NCBI GenBank assembly: GCA_043228905.1
Contig: JBHGNT010000002.1
Span: 6,138,001 to 6,202,000 of the forward strand
From: Azolla caroliniana
Taxonomy: Eukaryota; Plantae; Polypodiophyta
Direction: 5' to 3'
DNA length: 64,000 nucleotides
Under the pieces are notes generated by a model. It saw nothing but the letters and a program-made list of their open reading frames with translations. It did not search any database and was not told the DNA's origin. Shown piece after piece: positions 22,883 to 34,409 of the stretch. The position numbers and the translations under genes are program-made. Every line of letters begins with the position of its first letter. Positions within the stretch are counted from its first letter, which is position 1.

Positions 22883-22948
22883 TTGATTTCTGAGTTTCAC
22901 CGAACTGTCGACTACCGAACCGTGTACTCTATGTTCTTACGCATACGC

Positions 22949-23750
22949 TGTCGTGCCTTTCGGCTCCGGATCGTTGCGTGAGTCGGGTGGGAACCACAGA
23001 GGTCTTGGACTAGGAGAAAGAAGTTCGTGAGATAGAGATTAATTATGAGTAAATAGCAAAGAGAAAGATAAGAAACTCGTGAATCACACGAGTATACTAT
23101 ATTAATTGGTACTTAGGGTGTTAAGAGAGAAGTAGATGTATAAATCGTGAATCCCACGAATAATTTTTGTATTGATTAATACTTAATCCAAATAATCAAC
23201 AACAACTACAATGTGCTCCCCATCCTTATATAGTGATGGGAGAGACTAAGCATAGCTACATGCTTTTTCTCATATGTTCATGCACACTAAATGTGCATGT
23301 GATGCTTTTTTATTTCCTAAGTATAGGGCTCATGCACGCTAGATGTGCATGAGTTATTTTTAGTGTCTCGTGTTTTTTCTTTTTCATATATTAAAAAAAT
23401 ACACGATTTACCTTTTAATAAAGGTATGCATAAATAAAGGTCTTATACATATTAAATCTATATTTAAAACACTTAAGATAATTTAATGTAATGGTAAGGT
23501 TGGGGTTTGTCAACGTGGAGGTGCAGAGTTCGAATCACGCCCTGCGTAGTAGTGAGTATTTCCTTTATTTTTACATTTATGTCTCTTTATCCGGCTCTTC
23601 CTTGCCGGTATGCCGTTTTCTTCCTTGCCGGTATGCCGTTTTCCTCCTTGCCGGTATGCCGTTTTCTTCCGGTTCTCACCGAGCACTCCATTCTCTATCC
23701 GGAGGGACAAAAATATAATTTCCACATAGTGTGCAACCTACACTACGACA
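22949..23750 (-). repeat. 3' LTR of Gypsy D (802 bp; three 23-bp units TTCCTTGCCGGTATGCCGTTTTC)
   Basis: Direct repeat of 36478-37256. Confidence 0.95.
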
Positions 23751-26548
23751 CTCGCCCCCTCCAAACCCGCACATCCTCCGGTATGTGCCGAAGTTCTTGA
23801 TTCTTCGTATCCGTCTTCATCCGAAGCTTCCTCCGATTCTCCCCTTATGTCGACTATGAGTTGTAATCCACTTTCTTCGCTTCCTGCATCATTGTGGTCT
23901 TCGTCCGATTGCTCCTCGTTGTCGGCCTCGACTTGGATCACATAAGGTTTGTCGTCGGTCCGCTTCTTGAAAATCTTCACCCGCTTCCCGGCTATAGGCA
24001 CTCGTAGTATTGTTCCATCCAACTCGGACAGTCGGTACGTCCCATTGTCGAAGACCTTCCGAACCTCGTACGGCCCGAACCACCTTTTTGCGAATTTCCG
24101 CATCGTTGTATGTTGATGGTCCAAGCTACTATCATAGACGATCACCCAATCTCCTTCTTCAATCCTCCTCGGTCGTAGTCGGTGCTTTGTGTCGAACCGG
24201 CTTTTGTTCCGGAACCGTGCTTCTTGTTGTCGGCGTGACGCTTCCGCTACATCTTTCGGTCTTCCCTCCAGTTGTCGTATCCGGACCGCTAGTAGTTCTT
24301 CCCGGCTCATCTCTTCCTTCCACGGTAGTATTGTCCATGTCGCGATTGCGGTTTCCGTTGGCATTACCGGTGCTTGTCCGGTCATGAGTTCTGCCGGCAT
24401 GTAACCGGTCACGGAGCTATGCGTCGTCCGATCCGCCCATAGTGCATACGGAAGCATTTGTGGCCAATCCTTCACCCTTCCGTCGCATGCCTTCGCAAGC
24501 GCTTTCACGATCGGACTATGTCCTCGTTCGATCTTCCCGTTGGCCTCCGGATTGTAGGCCATTGTCAACGTTAACCGAACTCCATGTTTGGCGAAGAATC
24601 CCCTAGCTTTGTCCGAGTCGAGTTCTCCCCGGTCCGCAATCACTTGTCCTACGCAGCCGTACCTACAAAACACTTTTTCCAAAAGAAATTGGCACACCGC
24701 GGCACACGTTTTCCTCCGAAGCGCTCGACCTTCAACTTGGTTTGTGAGATCTTCTCGAGCTAACACCAAGTATTTCTTTTGTCCAATCCCGGTCGGCATA
24801 GCTACAATGTCGACCATCCACTTGAAGTTGATTATCGGTGAGAATGTCGGATGCAGCTCATCTCGGTGTCGGACCCCGGAGTAGACTTGACATTTCTCGC
24901 AGCTTTCTGTGAACTCCGCGACATCTTTATACATGTTCTTCCACCAATATCTTTGCTTGATTTTCACAAAAGTTGCCCATGTTCCTCGATGTCCAGCCCA
25001 ATCGGATTCGTGGAACTCGGACATTATCCGGTTTCGTTGCTCTTTCGTCCCGACTACTCGAAGTGGTATCCCATCCGGTCTTTTCGGCGTCCTCCATATT
25101 AAACCGTTTTCCAAGAAGAACTTTTGGACTTGCCTCTTCTTCCTTCGGATCTCGGCTCTCCTTTCTTTATCATTGGTTGAATCCTCGACCTCTTGTAGCA
25201 TCTTCCCGATCATCAAGGTTTCCCCCTCGTATTCTTCTTCCCGGAATTCTCGGATCACGTTCACTCGGCATATGTGGTCTGACGTGAAGTAGTTTTCGGA
25301 AACTTCTTCATTATCTGATTCGGTTATGTCGTCTTCAAACCGCGCCCTCGATAACATGTCCGCTACCGCGTTGTCCTTCCCCGAGATGTGTCGAACCTCC
25401 GGATTAAGTGACTTGACATATGCAATCCACCTTAGCATAGCCACATCCGGTATCGTACAACACCGCATCATCCCGAGTATCGGAAGACAATCCGTCTCGA
25501 TCACCACTTCAGCTCCGATCAAATAATCCCGATCCGATTTTATCGCCGACACGACTCCCCACAATTCTCTTTTGACTTGCGCATATCCGCGTTGCCTTTC
25601 GTTGAGGACCTTTGCTCCAAATCGGATCGGATACCGCGAACCATCCGAGTCGGCTTGATTGATGACCCACCCGATACCGGTTGGACTTGTATCAACCGTT
25701 ACTATGATTGGCCGCTCGTAGCTTGGCTTCTTAAGTGATTCCGCCCTCCATAGTGTCTTCTTGAGCTTCCTCATGGCTTTAGTGTGTTCCGGTTTCCACT
25801 CGAATTTCTTACCTTTCCGCAACAAGTGATAGAGCGGGTCCGCTATATGTGCATAGTGCGGAATCCATATGTGATAGAATGCACACGCACCCAGAAACCT
25901 TCGGACTTCCGATGTTGACTCACATACTTCCTTCATAGCTTGAATCGCATCGATCTTTGTTGGTGACGGTCTTCGGCCGTAGGGTCCACATAGATGTCCG
26001 ACCACCAATATTTCTTCTTGCCCGAATGCCGATTTCTCCCCAGAAAGTGTTAGGTGCACATCTTCTAGCTTTCGCAACACTTTCTCGCAATCATGAATAT
26101 GGTCGACCACGAACTTTCGGCATCCCCGATCATCCATAGTCTCATCTTTTTCTTCCATCGCGCATCCTTTCATCGGAATGTCATCTAGAAACGGCATCGT
26201 TATCTCCGGGATGCAATCTCGAAGCACCTTGTTCATCGCGTTCATCATATGTGCAACCGAGTTTGTCGCTCCTTGTGGTAGTGTGCACATTCGAACTAGT
26301 CCTATCGGTGTCCGCATGGTAGTGATGTCTCGGCTCTCCACGGCTAGTTGGAATTGGTCATACCCCAAGTATAGGTCCCCGATGGAGTATATCGCACGTC
26401 CGGCAAAAGCTTCCGCGAATTCGTCCACTATCGGACCGACTCCCGAGTTCCGGATCGTGACCTTGTTCACCGGTTGCAAGTCTTGGATGAATCGGAGTGA
26501 CCCATTCTTCTTCGGAACCGTAAACCATCGATTTGAGTACGGAGCACT
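23738..26548 (-). CDS. Gypsy D pol, C-terminal part (RT-RNase H-integrase), interrupted upstream by element E
   Basis: ORF 23738-26479: GDLYLGYDQ, LPQGATNS, PFLDD, TVDTS, HESDWAGH..CEKC, YNPEANGKIER, GPY motif; stop lies inside the 3' LTR. Confidence 0.93.
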   Translation of the reverse strand, partial: SAPYSNRWFTVPKKNGSLRFIQDLQPVNKVTIRNSGVGPIVDEFAEAFAGRAIYSIGDLYLGYDQFQLAVESRDITTMRTPIGLVRMCTLPQGATNSVAHMMNAMNKVLRDCIPEITMPFLDDIPMKGCAMEEKDETMDDRGCRKFVVDHIHDCEKVLRKLEDVHLTLSGEKSAFGQEEILVVGHLCGPYGRRPSPTKIDAIQAMKEVCESTSEVRRFLGACAFYHIWIPHYAHIADPLYHLLRKGKKFEWKPEHTKAMRKLKKTLWRAESLKKPSYERPIIVTVDTSPTGIGWVINQADSDGSRYPIRFGAKVLNERQRGYAQVKRELWGVVSAIKSDRDYLIGAEVVIETDCLPILGMMRCCTIPDVAMLRWIAYVKSLNPEVRHISGKDNAVADMLSRARFEDDITESDNEEVSENYFTSDHICRVNVIREFREEEYEGETLMIGKMLQEVEDSTNDKERRAEIRRKKRQVQKFFLENGLIWRTPKRPDGIPLRVVGTKEQRNRIMSEFHESDWAGHRGTWATFVKIKQRYWWKNMYKDVAEFTESCEKCQVYSGVRHRDELHPTFSPIINFKWMVDIVAMPTGIGQKKYLVLAREDLTNQVEGRALRRKTCAAVCQFLLEKVFCRYGCVGQVIADRGELDSDKARGFFAKHGVRLTLTMAYNPEANGKIERGHSPIVKALAKACDGRVKDWPQMLPYALWADRTTHSSVTGYMPAELMTGQAPVMPTETAIATWTILPWKEEMSREELLAVRIRQLEGRPKDVAEASRRQQEARFRNKSRFDTKHRLRPRRIEEGDWVIVYDSSLDHQHTTMRKFAKRWFGPYEVRKVFDNGTYRLSELDGTILRVPIAGKRVKIFKKRTDDKPYVIQVEADNEEQSDEDHNDAGSEESGLQLIVDIRGESEEASDEDGYEESRTSAHTGGCAGLEGASVVV

Positions 26549-26553
26549 TGATG

Positions 26554-27018
26554 TATTAGAGATTAGGTACTAAAGTAAGCATAAAATAAGGATATATCAA
26601 TGATAGATCTAGAAAGAATAGAGAGAAAAGAGAGAAAGAAGGGTGCCGATCCACCCGACCACCCCCGAGCGAAGGGATCGAGACGGACTGGAGCCTCGAT
26701 CGGCGTCCCATACCACCGCCTTGGCGTCGAGTCGTACCTGGACGATAGCGCGCTTGCTACAAGAGTAGTTCCACTCACGGACAGAGTCTCGACGTAGTCA
26801 ATGCATGCCCAAATGAGGGTAGCTAGGCCTCTTATTTATAGTAATTCTCAAGGCCCCCAGCCATGTTCACACTTGGCCTCATGGGTTGTCTCAATCCCGA
26901 GGATTAAAAGTAATCCTCCCCTTCTTTAGACTCTTTGTTTAACCCTCACACTTATCCACGTGTATAGAATACTACGACAATTCTCACCACGGGATATTAT
27001 ATGGTCATGCCCGTAACA
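26554..27018 (-). repeat. Inverted 5' LTR of E (465 bp)
   Basis: Mirror-image short ORFs in the track (26600-26797 + versus 33365-33562 -); ~5 substitutions by eye. Confidence 0.95.
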
Positions 27019-27026
27019 TAAATATT

Positions 27027-27038
27027 TGGTATCAGAGC
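27027..27038 (+). promoter_or_regulatory. tRNA-Met(i) primer-binding site of E
   Basis: TGGTATCAGAGC. Confidence 0.9.
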
Positions 27039-27274
27039 CTATGTACTAACGTTTCTTTTGGTTTTCTTTTTGTCTTCGCGTGGGATGGCGATTGATCGTT
27101 GTGCGGTCGCCTTCATGCAGACAAGGATTAGCGAAAGAACTTCGGTAAATTTTCCTTAATTTTTTATCTAATTTTTCTTCTCCCTTCTATACATGTGTAT
27201 ACTTAATATGTATTTTTTTTTTCATATATTCAATGATGTTGACGTGGTATTTAATTGGTTATCTTAAACGTTTA

Positions 27275-27540
27275 CATATGTCCACGAGGTCAATACCTCG
27301 TTTGACATATAAATCATATGTGATGAGTGTCGTATGCGTACGAGGTTACTACCTCAATTGCGTATTACGTTCACGAACATATGTTACGTTCGCGTACGAG
27401 GTCAATACCTCGCTTCGTTCGAAATGATATGCGTTGGATTTACTATGCGTAAGAGGTCAATACCTCAATTGCGAATTACGCTTAACCTTATTTTCGGATG
27501 TTTCGTGTGCGTAGAGGTATATGCCTCGATTACGTATCCC
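27275..27540 (+). repeat. Array of five hairpin units (GAGGT-N4-RCCTC), period ~56 bp, in the E leader
   Basis: Cores at 27286, 27342, 27398, 27453 and 27514. Confidence 0.75.
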
Positions 27541-28633
27541 GAATACATCATTGTTGGCTATATAAAAAAAAACGATTCATTTAGTATACGCATATGTGGT
27601 CACTTATATACGTCTCTGATCGTATATATGTGATATATTGACATATGTGTATATTTTAGATTACGTGATTCATATCAAATGTTTTCCTAATTGGGGAGAG
27701 GATTTTGGTGGCTGTCCTCACATTTTTGTGAGAATGGCGTTGTCACCATCCCTTTTATCAACAATTTTTATTGTTGAAATTCCCGTTGGTCACTTTGATC
27801 TTTCGTTACGTAACGAACCTCGTATAGCCAAAATGATGTTGAATACGTCGGGCTTGATCCACATCAAGTAGGGTCGCTCTAATGACACACGTATCCAACA
27901 TCTCCCCTCGTTACATGGATACGATGCCACCATGAGCTCGTTCTTACGAGCGCCATTCGTAATGACGTGACCATGTGATGGGCCACATGAGCCTACGAAG
28001 ACACAAGGGCTCATTCGGCTTGACCATTAGGTTACACTTTGGCATATGCCATTGTACTTACGAGGCTTGAGGGTAGGTAGCGTACAACCATAGTGGGTAA
28101 TAAATGAGGGAGAAATAAGGCCACTTGACCTATATGTTTCTTTTAAAAAAAACATATAGGGGCAAATGCCTCGCATATCTCGAATCCGCCTCAAACATTA
28201 AACATTCAAGACGCGCAATCTACTTGGTTGGCTCAAGTGTTTAATGTATTTGTCCTCGAGGTCTCGAGTTCAAATATGACCAACACCATACAACATCGTT
28301 GATACATATGCCTATAATACATGTTTAGACTTTAGGTCTAAGTGCACTTCGGGGTCCTCGTAATAGGACTTAAAGAGCCGAAACCACATATGTGGGCACA
28401 GAAACATAGTTATTGTTAACATTTTTTTCGTGTATAAACTATTCATGACGCGAACATACATGGTTGAGCCTCGGGGAGCCGCCATGAAAAAAATCGATAT
28501 AGAGATCAGGGAAAGGCATTCATTTGTCACCCCCATGGTTTTTAAAACACCTCTGTGTTACCATAGTAACCTGATCTTGAACCTCATCTCATACGTCTAG
28601 AGGGGTATTGACGTGAGATCATGATATCGATTA

Positions 28634-31600
28634 ATGTTTGCCCATGATATGTTTACACCACGACAAGATGTTATGACTATTTGTCTGACCTTATCTTATT
28701 TCTTTGCCAGAAATAATCATTCAATGGCTCAGAATAACGACCCGATGCCCTCCGCTCAAGCGGAAAGACCTCAAGGAAATCCTCCTGGGACAATGTCCAT
28801 TGAGGCGTATATTTTACAAGTACAACATTTCCTTAGTTCAACCGCGCAGCAGTTGACCGAATTTCGGCAATCTCAAAGTGCTCTCGAGGCACGAGTCATT
28901 AGTCTCCAAAATGAGATTAATAGACCTGATGAGCGTCAGGGTGAACCATCATTTGTCGTAAAGCCATTTACGGGAGATAAAAAGGAAAGAACCGAAGAAG
29001 CAATCTGCACGTGGCTGGGCCGATGGGAGTCTCATTTTGAGCTCTATCCCACGCCAGATAGTACGAAGATTGCATATGTCGGCCGAGAACTAGGGGGTAA
29101 GGCCGCCGCTTGGTGGCGTGGGCTCCGAACTTTGGGGAGATTGCCCGAGACCTGGACAGACTTTGTCACAGTTTTCAAGGGTCAATTTCTACAACCTCCC
29201 TCTCGAACCGAGGCAGCACAAGCTTTAATGAACCTCTCTAGCAGGAAGTTTTCCTCGCTAGAAGATTATGTCCACCATGCTAGAACCCAAATCCAAAAAT
29301 CGGGTCTAGAAGGGGACAATTGGTTAATAGCTTGTTTTGTCAATGGCATCCCCAATTCGGACTATCACTGGATAGTGCACGATAAGGATCCAAAATCCTT
29401 CGAAGAGGCCGTTGAGATAGTTCTTCGCTATCAACGCACTTCGAAGAAGGACCATAACAAACCCAACGAAGCGCCCGGGACTAAGCAGTCGCAATTCGTT
29501 GGGAAACGCAAGACACCCAACGAATTCATGGATCGCGATTATAAGCGACAACATCCTTTTTGCGTATTCTACAAAAAGAAGGGTCATACAAAAGAGCAAT
29601 GTCGTAAGCTCCAACGGAAAGAGCACGACGCCAAACCTAAAGCTACAGATCATAAAGGTCAGATTCCTAATGTCCTTCAGGTCTATACACATCATTTGAG
29701 TAATTGTCAATGTTCTTTCCCTCATTATGTATTGGGTCCCAATGATTTGCTACGTGCAAACGGGTATATCAATGGATCTCCCGTACAATTTTTATTTGAT
29801 TCGGGAAGCTCACACAATTTTGTGAATGATCGTTTGGTACAGATATGGGGAATCCAACCCACCGTAAGTGATCACACCTACACGGTGCACTTGGCTGATG
29901 GAAGAGTACAACACATCAACGGGGCGATTCATTCTTTAGGAATTTCTATTGATACCTATATAGAGGAAGTAGACTTCCATGTAATGAATCTTAGTACCAC
30001 CGATGTAATACTGGGTTATCCCTGGTTTTATAATAAAAGCTCTTCTTTATTTATTGATTGGGTTCGCCATTCCATTTCTTTTGTACTCAACGATTGTACG
30101 CATTTTATTCAATGTGTAACAAAACAATCCCTCTCGATTGTTTCCTCGTGTCCATCAATATCCGAGTTGTCTTGTTCTACGTTATTTTATTGTGTACTTG
30201 ATCCGGACATTCACGTTTACAATATCGATAATGTCTCGGGTCAATTAACATATTTTGAACAAAAACAACTTGATGAAATCGTAAACGATTTTCGTGATGT
30301 TTTTCCGAGTGAACTACCCGATGGTTTACCTCCTAAACGTAATATAGACCATCGTATAGATATTGTACCTGGCATTGCACCCATTAGTATACCTCCGTAT
30401 CGCCTAAGTCGATCTGAAGAGGATGAGGTAGCTAAGCAACTTAAGGACTATTTACGAATGGGTTATATACGTTATAGTAAATCTCCATGGGGTGCACCAG
30501 TTCTCTTGGTTAAAAAGAAAGAGGGCACATGGCGTATGTGTATTAATTACCGACGCTTGAATAAAGTGACGATCAAGAATTCGTACCCATTGCCCCGGGC
30601 TGACGATCTAATTGACCGTCTCCAGGGAGCTCGGTATTTTACGAAACTTGATCTCCGTACTGGCTACCATCAAATACGAATAAGTGAGGACGATGTTCCT
30701 AAAACAGCATTTCATACGCGCTACGGCCATTATGAGTTTTTGGTTATGCCTTTTGGTTTGACCAATGCTCCGGCTACATTTCAACAAGAAATGAATGACA
30801 TTTTCCGAGAACAACTTGGAAAATTTGTCGTTATCTTCTTAGATGATATTTTAGTTTATAGCCGTACATTACAAGAACATGCTAGACATGTCCGCTTTGT
30901 TTTACAAATATTGCGTGACAAACAATTTTACGCGAAGATCTCAAAATGTGAGTTCTTCAAGAAATCAATTACTTATCTTGGACATCTCATAACCGAACGA
31001 GGAGTTGAAATTGATCCTTCTCGCATCGAGAAAATCAAGCTTTGGCCCACTCTTCGGAATATTCGAGAAGTTCGATCATTCCTTGGTTTTGTCGGATTTT
31101 TGCGAAAATCTCTTCGTAATTACTCACAATTGACGACGCCGTTTACTGATCTTCTAAAAGGTCAAACGCGTAAGTCTACAAAACCTATTGTGTGGAATGC
31201 TACACTAGACCTCGCCTTTAAGGAACTCAAGGACTTGGTATGCAAGGCTCCTTCACTTCTTTTACCCGATCCTTCAAAACCTTTTGAGGTTGAAACCGAC
31301 GCAAGCGATTATGCTATAGGTGCTATCTTGTATCAAGATGGTAAACCAATAGCATTCGAGAGTAAGAAACTTGATTCTGCTCAATGTCGGTATACCGTTC
31401 AAGAAAAGGAATTATTTGCGGTTATACATGCGCTCAAAACATGGCGCCATTATCTTTATGGAAATCGCTTTGTGGTAACTACGGACCACGAGTCCTTGAA
31501 ATATTTTTGTGACCAACAAGACCTGAAAGGTCGTAAGGCACGATGGGCTGATCTCATCCAGGACTTTGATTTTTCCATACGCTATCGTAAAGGTTCCATG

Positions 31601-33157
31601 AATACTGTCGCTGATGCACTAAGTCGCATCCGTGAAGTTAACATGCTTAGCTTCACTGAAATAACATCAGATCTTTATGATCACCTTCGAGGAAAGTATC
31701 CTGATGACAATTATTTTGCAAAATACTGGGCAAGAGTCGAGTCTGGAACAGACACCACCACACCCTCGAAGGAATACTTCCACATTGCTAACGGTCTGCT
31801 CTACCGTAATGGGAAGGTTTGTGTTCCAGATTTACCTGAGGTCAAAAAGAGAATTCTTTTTGAATGCCATGATGCACCCTCAGCAGGGCACCCTGGAATA
31901 CATCGTACACTCGTTCTCATCTCCACTCAATTTTATTGGCCTAAGATGCGTCCTGACATACATAGCTATGTGACTAAATGTCACCAATGTCAGGTTAACA
32001 AAGCCGAGCGACTTAAAGCCGCAGGACTTTTACATCCCTTGGACATTCCCAATAATAAGTGGGAAAGTATATCCATGGATTTTATTGTTAGCCTTCCTCG
32101 CACCCAAAAAGGTCATGATGCCATATGGGTTGTGGTTGACAGACTAACTAAAATGGCCAGATTTATTGCTACTAAAACCACGGTAACAGCTCCTGAATTG
32201 GCTTACCAATTCGTTGATGAGTTATTTCGTTTTTATGGGTTACCGATGGATATCGTGAGTGACCGAGATCCGAAGTTTACTAGTGACTTCTGGACGCAAG
32301 TCTTTAAGAAGTTAGAAACTACGTTGAGCATGAGCTCCACGGATCATCCTCAATCCGATGGACAGACAGAACGAGTAAATCAAATTATTGAGGACATGCT
32401 TCGAGCATACGTTGGTGCAAAACCAACAAAATGGGAACGTTACCTCCCAATTTTGGAGTTTGCTTATAACAGCTCCAAGCATACGTCGACGGGATATAGT
32501 CCTTTTATGTTGATGTATGGATTTCAGCCACGAGCCCCGATTGATGTTAATATACATCATGATGAGTTGCGAAGTACGCAAAACTTTCTTCGGGATATGC
32601 AAGATATGTTGCATATTGCACGGGATAATATAAAAACAGCTCAAGATAGAGCGCATTTTTATGCCGATCATCACAGGCAACCTCGTGTATTCAGCCCTGG
32701 ACAGAAGGTATTTTTACGTGTACCTCACAATTCTAAGACATTGTCTACGGGTAAGTGCGCTAAGTTAGCCCCACGGTTTTGTGGACCTTTTACAGTCCTC
32801 AAACGCATTGGATCATCAGCCTATCGTCTCGCTCTTCCCGATGGTGTTGGAATCCATCCAGTCTTTCATGTAAGTCGTCTAAAAGAACTTCTAGGTTCTG
32901 GCGACAATACAGTTACAACTGAAACTCTGGTTACTTTTGAAGATTTATCTTCTAAACCACATGTACCAGAAAGAATTCTCGATGTTAAAACAAAAAAATT
33001 ACGTGCTAAGGAAATCCGAGAATTTAAAATAAAATGGATGGATAAATCAATCAAAGATGCCACATGGGAACGCGAAACGACTCTAAGAACTAACTTCCCT
33101 AACTTTCCATTGCACTCTTGCAATGTTTTAAAGAGGGGGAGTATGTTACGGGCATGA
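28634..33157 (+). CDS. Element E single gag-pol polyprotein (gag-PR-RT-RH-INT-chromodomain), uninterrupted
   Basis: 1507-aa ORF, likely start MAQNN at 28724: [41 protein letters not shown], chromodomain-like PERILD...IKW...ATWE; reads through the PPT into the 3' LTR. Confidence 0.95.
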   Translation: MFAHDMFTPRQDVMTICLTLSYFFARNNHSMAQNNDPMPSAQAERPQGNPPGTMSIEAYILQVQHFLSSTAQQLTEFRQSQSALEARVISLQNEINRPDERQGEPSFVVKPFTGDKKERTEEAICTWLGRWESHFELYPTPDSTKIAYVGRELGGKAAAWWRGLRTLGRLPETWTDFVTVFKGQFLQPPSRTEAAQALMNLSSRKFSSLEDYVHHARTQIQKSGLEGDNWLIACFVNGIPNSDYHWIVHDKDPKSFEEAVEIVLRYQRTSKKDHNKPNEAPGTKQSQFVGKRKTPNEFMDRDYKRQHPFCVFYKKKGHTKEQCRKLQRKEHDAKPKATDHKGQIPNVLQVYTHHLSNCQCSFPHYVLGPNDLLRANGYINGSPVQFLFDSGSSHNFVNDRLVQIWGIQPTVSDHTYTVHLADGRVQHINGAIHSLGISIDTYIEEVDFHVMNLSTTDVILGYPWFYNKSSSLFIDWVRHSISFVLNDCTHFIQCVTKQSLSIVSSCPSISELSCSTLFYCVLDPDIHVYNIDNVSGQLTYFEQKQLDEIVNDFRDVFPSELPDGLPPKRNIDHRIDIVPGIAPISIPPYRLSRSEEDEVAKQLKDYLRMGYIRYSKSPWGAPVLLVKKKEGTWRMCINYRRLNKVTIKNSYPLPRADDLIDRLQGARYFTKLDLRTGYHQIRISEDDVPKTAFHTRYGHYEFLVMPFGLTNAPATFQQEMNDIFREQLGKFVVIFLDDILVYSRTLQEHARHVRFVLQILRDKQFYAKISKCEFFKKSITYLGHLITERGVEIDPSRIEKIKLWPTLRNIREVRSFLGFVGFLRKSLRNYSQLTTPFTDLLKGQTRKSTKPIVWNATLDLAFKELKDLVCKAPSLLLPDPSKPFEVETDASDYAIGAILYQDGKPIAFESKKLDSAQCRYTVQEKELFAVIHALKTWRHYLYGNRFVVTTDHESLKYFCDQQDLKGRKARWADLIQDFDFSIRYRKGSMNTVADALSRIREVNMLSFTEITSDLYDHLRGKYPDDNYFAKYWARVESGTDTTTPSKEYFHIANGLLYRNGKVCVPDLPEVKKRILFECHDAPSAGHPGIHRTLVLISTQFYWPKMRPDIHSYVTKCHQCQVNKAERLKAAGLLHPLDIPNNKWESISMDFIVSLPRTQKGHDAIWVVVDRLTKMARFIATKTTVTAPELAYQFVDELFRFYGLPMDIVSDRDPKFTSDFWTQVFKKLETTLSMSSTDHPQSDGQTERVNQIIEDMLRAYVGAKPTKWERYLPILEFAYNSSKHTSTGYSPFMLMYGFQPRAPIDVNIHHDELRSTQNFLRDMQDMLHIARDNIKTAQDRAHFYADHHRQPRVFSPGQKVFLRVPHNSKTLSTGKCAKLAPRFCGPFTVLKRIGSSAYRLALPDGVGIHPVFHVSRLKELLGSGDNTVTTETLVTFEDLSSKPHVPERILDVKTKKLRAKEIREFKIKWMDKSIKDATWERETTLRTNFPNFPLHSCNVLKRGSMLRA

Positions 33158-33608
33158 CCATATAATATCCCGTGGTGAGAATTGTCGTAGTATTCTATAC
33201 ACGTGGATAAGTGTGAGGGTTAAACAAAGAGTCTAAAGAAGGGGAGGATTACTTTTAATCCTCGGGATTGAGACAACCCATGAGGCCAAGTGTGAACATG
33301 ACTGGGGGCCTTGAGAATTACTATAAATAAGAGGCCTAGCTACCCTCATTTGGGCATGCATTGACTACGTCGAGACTCTGTCCGTGAGTGGAACGACTCT
33401 TGTAGCAAGCGCACTATCGTCAAGGTACGACTCGACGCCAAGGCGGTGGTATGGGACGCCGATCGAGGCTCGAGTCCGTCTCGATCCCTTCGCTCGGGGG
33501 TGGTCGGGTGGATCGGCACCCTTCTTTCTCTCTTTTCTCTCTATTCTTTCTAGATCTATCATTGATATATCCTTATTTTATGCTTACTTTAGTACCTAAT
33601 CTCTAATA
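33144..33608 (+). repeat. 3' LTR of E (TG...TA termini)
   Basis: Follows the PPT; TATA (CTATAAATA) near 33321; ends CTCTAATA, then the TSD. Confidence 0.93.
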
Positions 33609-34409
33609 TGATGGCTCTAGAATCCCCATCGCCACCTTCTCCTTGAGCAAGTCGATGACTTCCGGAATATGCGCCCGTGGCACCGGAATCGGCTTCAGGT
33701 TCCACGGTACATGATCAATCGTGAAAATCACCATCGGCTCCACTATCTTTGGATCAATGCATCCGATCTCCCTCGATGTGAACGCGAATGCTTTGCCATG
33801 TTGCTCCAACATCTCTCGAAACCGTTTTTCTTCTTCTTGTAAGAGGAACCCACCTCCACCGATCCGAAGTTTCTTCCGGGTCTCATCTGTGAAGGCATGT
33901 CCGATATCCACGGACTTCCGAAGTGTCGGATCTCCCGAGACTTCTTTCTTCTTTTGTTCGCTATCGGTGGGTAGTGGTCCCGCGGCCGGTTTCACCTTCT
34001 TCTCCACGGTCTTGTATTTCGTACTTACCATTGCTTCTTCTTTGCGGAGCGCATCCGGCCCCATTTTCGCAACGATCTCGTACATCTCGACCGATTCCAC
34101 CGGGACTACCCGGTTCCCTTGGCTTTTATCTTCCGCAAGCTCTTCAAGCCGTTGTAGTGTATTCCCATAGAACACTTCCTCGATCACTCCCACGATTTCT
34201 TCGTCTTCTTTTATTATTGATACCGACCGTAACTTATCCTCCACTTGTCGGTATTGTTTCTTCATTCCTCCGGTTACGGCCGTGTACGTAGATGCCCCAT
34301 CCGGCCCGATTCGTACTTGTTTTGCTCCGAGAGTTTTCTTCCTATGTGGGGTATCAGGGCTTCTCGGACTATCACTTCCCCACTCCGCAACAGTCCGCTT
34401 TAAAAATCC
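33609..34409 (-). CDS. Gypsy D pol N-terminal part (-1 frame relative to gag-PR)
   Basis: Frame is open from the slippery site at 34409 through ORF 33603-34265 (...DHVPWNLKPIPVP...GILEPS) and rejoins SAPYSNRWF after E is removed. Confidence 0.88.
34346..34409 (-). promoter_or_regulatory. Predicted programmed -1 ribosomal frameshift signal (G GAU UUU plus H-type pseudoknot)
   Basis: Heptamer 34409-34403, 5-nt spacer, 11-bp stem CGGACUGUUGC/GUGAUAGUCCG, loop GUGGGG complementary to downstream CCCCAC. Confidence 0.8.

Larger units (their letters stand above)
26554..33608 (+). mobile_element. Ty3/Gypsy chromovirus E with inverted LTRs
   Basis: 26554-27018 is the reverse complement of 33144-33608; TSD TGATG at 26549-26553 and 33609-33613; PBS 27027-27038; PPT AAAGAGGGGGAG before 33144. 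Confidence 0.93.

Noticed and set aside
27275-27540. CRISPR-like look of regularly spaced palindromes (also the module array in F)
   Set aside because: Repeats are short and degenerate, spacers are partly related, there are no cas genes, and the context is a eukaryotic retroelement.
26554-33608. DIRS-type element or DNA transposon as the explanation for the inverted termini
   Set aside because: It encodes protease, DDE integrase and chromodomain with PBS, PPT and a 5-bp TSD; no tyrosine recombinase or transposase. Two independent insertions are also unlikely because a single TSD flanks the unit.
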